Shown: positions 63,466 to 64,000 of the stretch, piece after piece | Numbering within the stretch: the stretch's first letter is position 1 | Layout: the number at the start of each line of letters is the position of its first letter | NCBI GenBank assembly: GCA_050575255.1 | Contig: JBNZDD010013726.1 | Span: 4,919,036-4,983,035 of the forward strand | Direction: 5' to 3' | DNA length: 64,000 nt | DNA from: Harriotta raleighana | Taxonomy: Eukaryota | Translations under genes and position numbers: made by a program | The notes under the pieces: model-generated | Seen by the model: the letters and a program-made list of their open reading frames with translations, nothing else | Databases searched by the model: none | What the model was told of the DNA's origin: nothing

Positions 63466-63793
63466 ATAATAATAATAACAATCCTTGCATATGATATAGC
63501 GCTTTTCACATTTTATTGACGTCCCAAAGCGCTTCACAGAATATACTGTAAAGTGAATTGACTGTATATTTGTGGGCAGAACGCGGCAGCCAATTGCGCA
63601 CAGCAGCGTCCCCCACAAACAGTCATAGATTGAAATGACCAATTTTATTATTGTGGTTTTTTTGGAGGGATTATTATTAGGCATGTGGAGTAAGGAAACT
63701 TGCCCAAGGTTTCGCCCTGATCTGCCTGGATTCGAACACAGGTCTCATGCTTGTAAGGCGAGTGCTCTAACCATTAAGCCACAGGAGCTCCAC
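63466..63793 (-). mobile_element. Full-length young tRNA-derived Deu-domain SINE with target-site duplication
   Basis: Minus-strand head GTGGAGCTCCTGTGGCTTAATGGTTAGAGCACTCGCCTTACAAGC..GTTCGAATCC, intact CpGs, (TTA)n tail, and an 8-bp TSD ATCTGATA at 63458-63465 and 63794-63801. Confidence 0.95.
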
Positions 63794-64000
63794 ATCTGAT
63801 ATAATGTGAACGCAGCTGCGTGGGATGTGTTCCAGAAGCAGATTGTGGTGATCCCATGGAGCAGTGTGGCACACTTCTGTTCACTATTTGTGACTCTTGT
63901 GGTGAATGAATATCAGGTTTAGACTCGATAGTGTTCACAATGCTCCCAGAACTAGTAACGTGTGTCATAGATGCACAAATGTAGTCATTAGTTTTTTTTA

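Noticed and set aside
63720-63793. tRNA gene (TAC loop)
   Set aside because: It lacks a paired acceptor stem and continues into the SINE body; it is a SINE head.
24438-64000. ank3 exon 2 (SDANASYLRAARAG...) or other ankyrin-repeat exons
   Set aside because: No such translation was seen in the ORF track or by eye; it presumably lies beyond the window.
1-64000. CRISPR arrays, operons or other prokaryotic systems
   Set aside because: The sequence is vertebrate intronic DNA. The dispersed repeats are SINE/LINE copies, not regularly spaced direct repeats.

Overview
AT-rich vertebrate genomic DNA. The repeat content (CR1 and L2 LINE fragments, abundant tRNA-head/Deu-domain SINEs with an L2-type tail, a Penelope end) points to a cartilaginous fish, most likely a holocephalan (chimaera or elephant shark). 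The window lies inside ankyrin-3 (ank3/AnkG) on the + strand. It has one recognisable coding exon, the alternative first exon '1b' (24321-24437, MAHAASHLKKNRE...RRHRKRSRDRKKK|gt). About 24 kb of upstream intron/promoter precedes it and about 40 kb of downstream intron follows; exon 2 was not seen. The most notable non-coding signal is a recursive-splicing-type site (polypyrimidine-CAG|GTAAGT at 1033/1034), followed by a 160-nt exon that has stops in all frames and ends ATG|GTAAGT. The downstream intron carries three unexplained fold-back elements: a 180-bp inverted repeat pair, a 73-nt near-perfect hairpin and a ~270-bp palindrome. Four of the six single-N positions are flanked by duplicated sequence and look like assembly artefacts. 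The other ORFs in the track are either LINE remnants or unsupported. All family assignments come from recognition by eye, not database searches, and repeat boundaries are approximate.
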